A DNA stretch of 64,000 nt from an uncultured Pseudomonadota bacterium. Its GTDB lineage: Bacteria; Oederibacteriota; Muellerivitia; Muellerivitales; Muellerivitaceae. The stretch spans positions 173,739-237,738 of the forward strand of contig CAVYRH010000002.1 of assembly GCA_963770835.1 (NCBI GenBank), given 5' to 3'. Position numbers and translations under genes: made by a program. Of this stretch, positions 62,351 to 64,000 are shown piece after piece. The notes beneath the pieces were generated by a model that saw only the letters and a program-made list of their open reading frames with translations, was not told the origin of the DNA and ran no database searches. Each line of letters opens with the position of its first letter. Within the stretch, counting starts at the first letter, position 1.

Positions 62351-62968
62351 CTAGGCGAAGACAAAGACGATCCGATATTCTTTTTTTCGCCCCTTTTTCC
62401 AAACCCAGGCCGGGTCGCTAGCCTCACCCCGGGTCACAAAGGCGTGGAGGAAAGGTGTCCACTGGCGGTTATCCTGCAGGACCAGATGAAGTCCAGGAGC
62501 CTGGATCTTGAGAGTCTTTCCACCTAATAAGGGATGGGGCCCTAACCTCAAGGCCTTGGTTTTCCCTTCCGCCATTTTGATGTCGGCCGGAGTTTTTTGG
62601 GGAATCACTCCTTTTTTCTTGCCGAACTCGAATGCCTTCCCGGCCCAGTCCTTATAGGGCAGGTTCACGACCTGGCGGACATGGATGAGTTTTACGTCCG
62701 ACAAGGGCATCACCACCACCCGGACTTCCAGTCCCTTCGGAATGAATTTAACGGTTGTTTTCAAACCAATGAGGCCATCCGGCAGTTTCACCAATCCCTG
62801 CGGGGCCTTGCCTTTCGGGGAGGGCCGGGCGGTGTTCTTGACCCAACCCTCGATAAAAAGCTCGGGGGTGACAACCGCGATTTTCTTCGGCCCGTAAAAA
62901 AGGGCCGCGCTCCCCTCATCCAGGATTTTCGCCGTTAAAAGCGTTGGATTCGATTTTTCGGGTTTCAT
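62351..62968 (-). CDS. Hypothetical protein
   Basis: Start MKPEKSN overlapping the MFS stop. Confidence 0.6.
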   Translation of the reverse strand: MKPEKSNPTLLTAKILDEGSAALFYGPKKIAVVTPELFIEGWVKNTARPSPKGKAPQGLVKLPDGLIGLKTTVKFIPKGLEVRVVVMPLSDVKLIHVRQVVNLPYKDWAGKAFEFGKKKGVIPQKTPADIKMAEGKTKALRLGPHPLLGGKTLKIQAPGLHLVLQDNRQWTPFLHAFVTRGEASDPAWVWKKGRKKEYRIVFVFA

Positions 62969-64000
62969 AGTTCCCTTTTGTTTTTTCCGGTTGGGATAGG
63001 CTCCAGCCGGGGAGCCAGGGCCTGGATCGCGGCTAGGGCGGCAAGATAGGCGAAACCGGCCACCAGGAAAACCGGCGTATAGCTTCCAGTCCATTGGAGA
63101 AGGTAGCCCACGGCCGTCGCGATCACCATGCCGCTGAGCGCCCCCCCAAAACTGCCGAAACCCACGGCCGAGCCCACGGCCCGGCGCGGAAACATGTCCG
63201 AAACCAGGGTATAGAGGTTGGCCGACCAGCCCTGGTGGGCCGCCGCAGCCAGGCCGATCAAGGCCACCGCCCCCCAGACCGTGGTGGCGTTCGCAACGAA
63301 AACAATGGGGACCACGCAGAGGGCGCAGGACAGGAGGGCGGTCTTGCGGCTTGAGTTCAGGCTCCATCCCCGTTTAATCAAAGAGGAGGAAAGCCATCCT
63401 CCCGCGACGCTCCCCAAGTCCGCCATGAGGTAAATGGTGATAAGGGGAAGCCGTATTTCAGAGAGGGAGATGCTGTATTTCTCGTTGAGGAACTTCGGTA
63501 GCCAGGCAAGGTAGAACCACCATAGGGCACCTGGTGAGAAACTTGCCAGCGGCAAAGGCCCCTAGGTTTGCCGGAAACGGACCAAGGCCGCCCAGGGCAT
63601 GGGTTTTTCCAGTTTCTCGGAGTCGCTGCGGATGTAGCGGAACTCGGCCTTGGAAAGCCGGGGGTGGGATTCGGGTGCCCGGTAGAAAACCCACCAAAAA
63701 CTCAGCCAAAGAAACCCGAGCGTCCCGGTTGCCACAAAGGTCCAGGGCCATCCCAAAAGAGAGGGTAAGGGAAGGAACGAGGGCGGCCGCAACCAGTATT
63801 CCAACATTGCTGCCGGCATTGAAGAGGCCGGTGGCCAGGGCCCTTTCCTTTTTGGGGAACCATTGGGTGATGGTTTTGACGGCCGCCGGGAAATTCGCCC
63901 CTTCCCCGAGTCCCAGCCAAAAGCGGGCCACCCCAAAACCGAAAGGGCTGCGGGCCAGGGCTTGGCCTATGGCGGCCAGGCTCCAAAGGCCGATGGCCAG
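62965..64000 (-). CDS. exuT: ExuT-like hexuronate MFS transporter (partial, several frameshifts)
   Basis: LGLGEGANFPA..WFPKKERALATGLFN, WWFYL.WLPKFL, AAHQGWSANL across frames. Confidence 0.8.

Overview
Mosaic bacterial window with two integrated elements between short blocks of host genes. (1) 1 to ~28.4 kb is the right part of a conjugative/ICE-like element. It holds a minus-strand type IV secretion operon: lipoprotein, OM barrel, PH-domain protein, VirB2-, VirB6-, VirB3-, VirB4- and VirB8-like genes, then a TPR-GGDEF diguanylate cyclase that is not in the ORF track. It also has a leading-region-like block (internally deleted ardC, beta-clamp-like protein, two Fis-HTH/AT-hook paralogues), a hairpin-rich putative oriT region, IS3, IS30 and IS110 elements, and two group II introns. 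The element ends at a promoter-driven 5' half of tRNA-Gly(GCC). The most striking observation is a cassette-like array: GNAT, VapBC and TacAT modules are separated by three direct copies of a 32-bp 13-6-13 palindrome that is not an attC site. Two copies are visible only after the introns are removed in silico, and each intron's EBS1 loop is complementary to its insertion site. (2) 28.6-36.4 kb is host genes (ExeA-like ATPase, TPR protein, tag, TMEM175, ABC transporter, PilZ). (3) 36.45-60.6 kb is a ~24-kb island in tRNA-Leu(CAA). It carries a tyrosine integrase, a second truncated integrase fused to modA, molybdate, iron (Fur box) and nickel (NikR boxes) uptake genes, katG and a third group II intron. 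(4) uxaC and a frameshifted exuT-like MFS close the window. Several single-base frameshifts in otherwise intact genes suggest assembly indel errors. All calls are by eye; no database searches were run.
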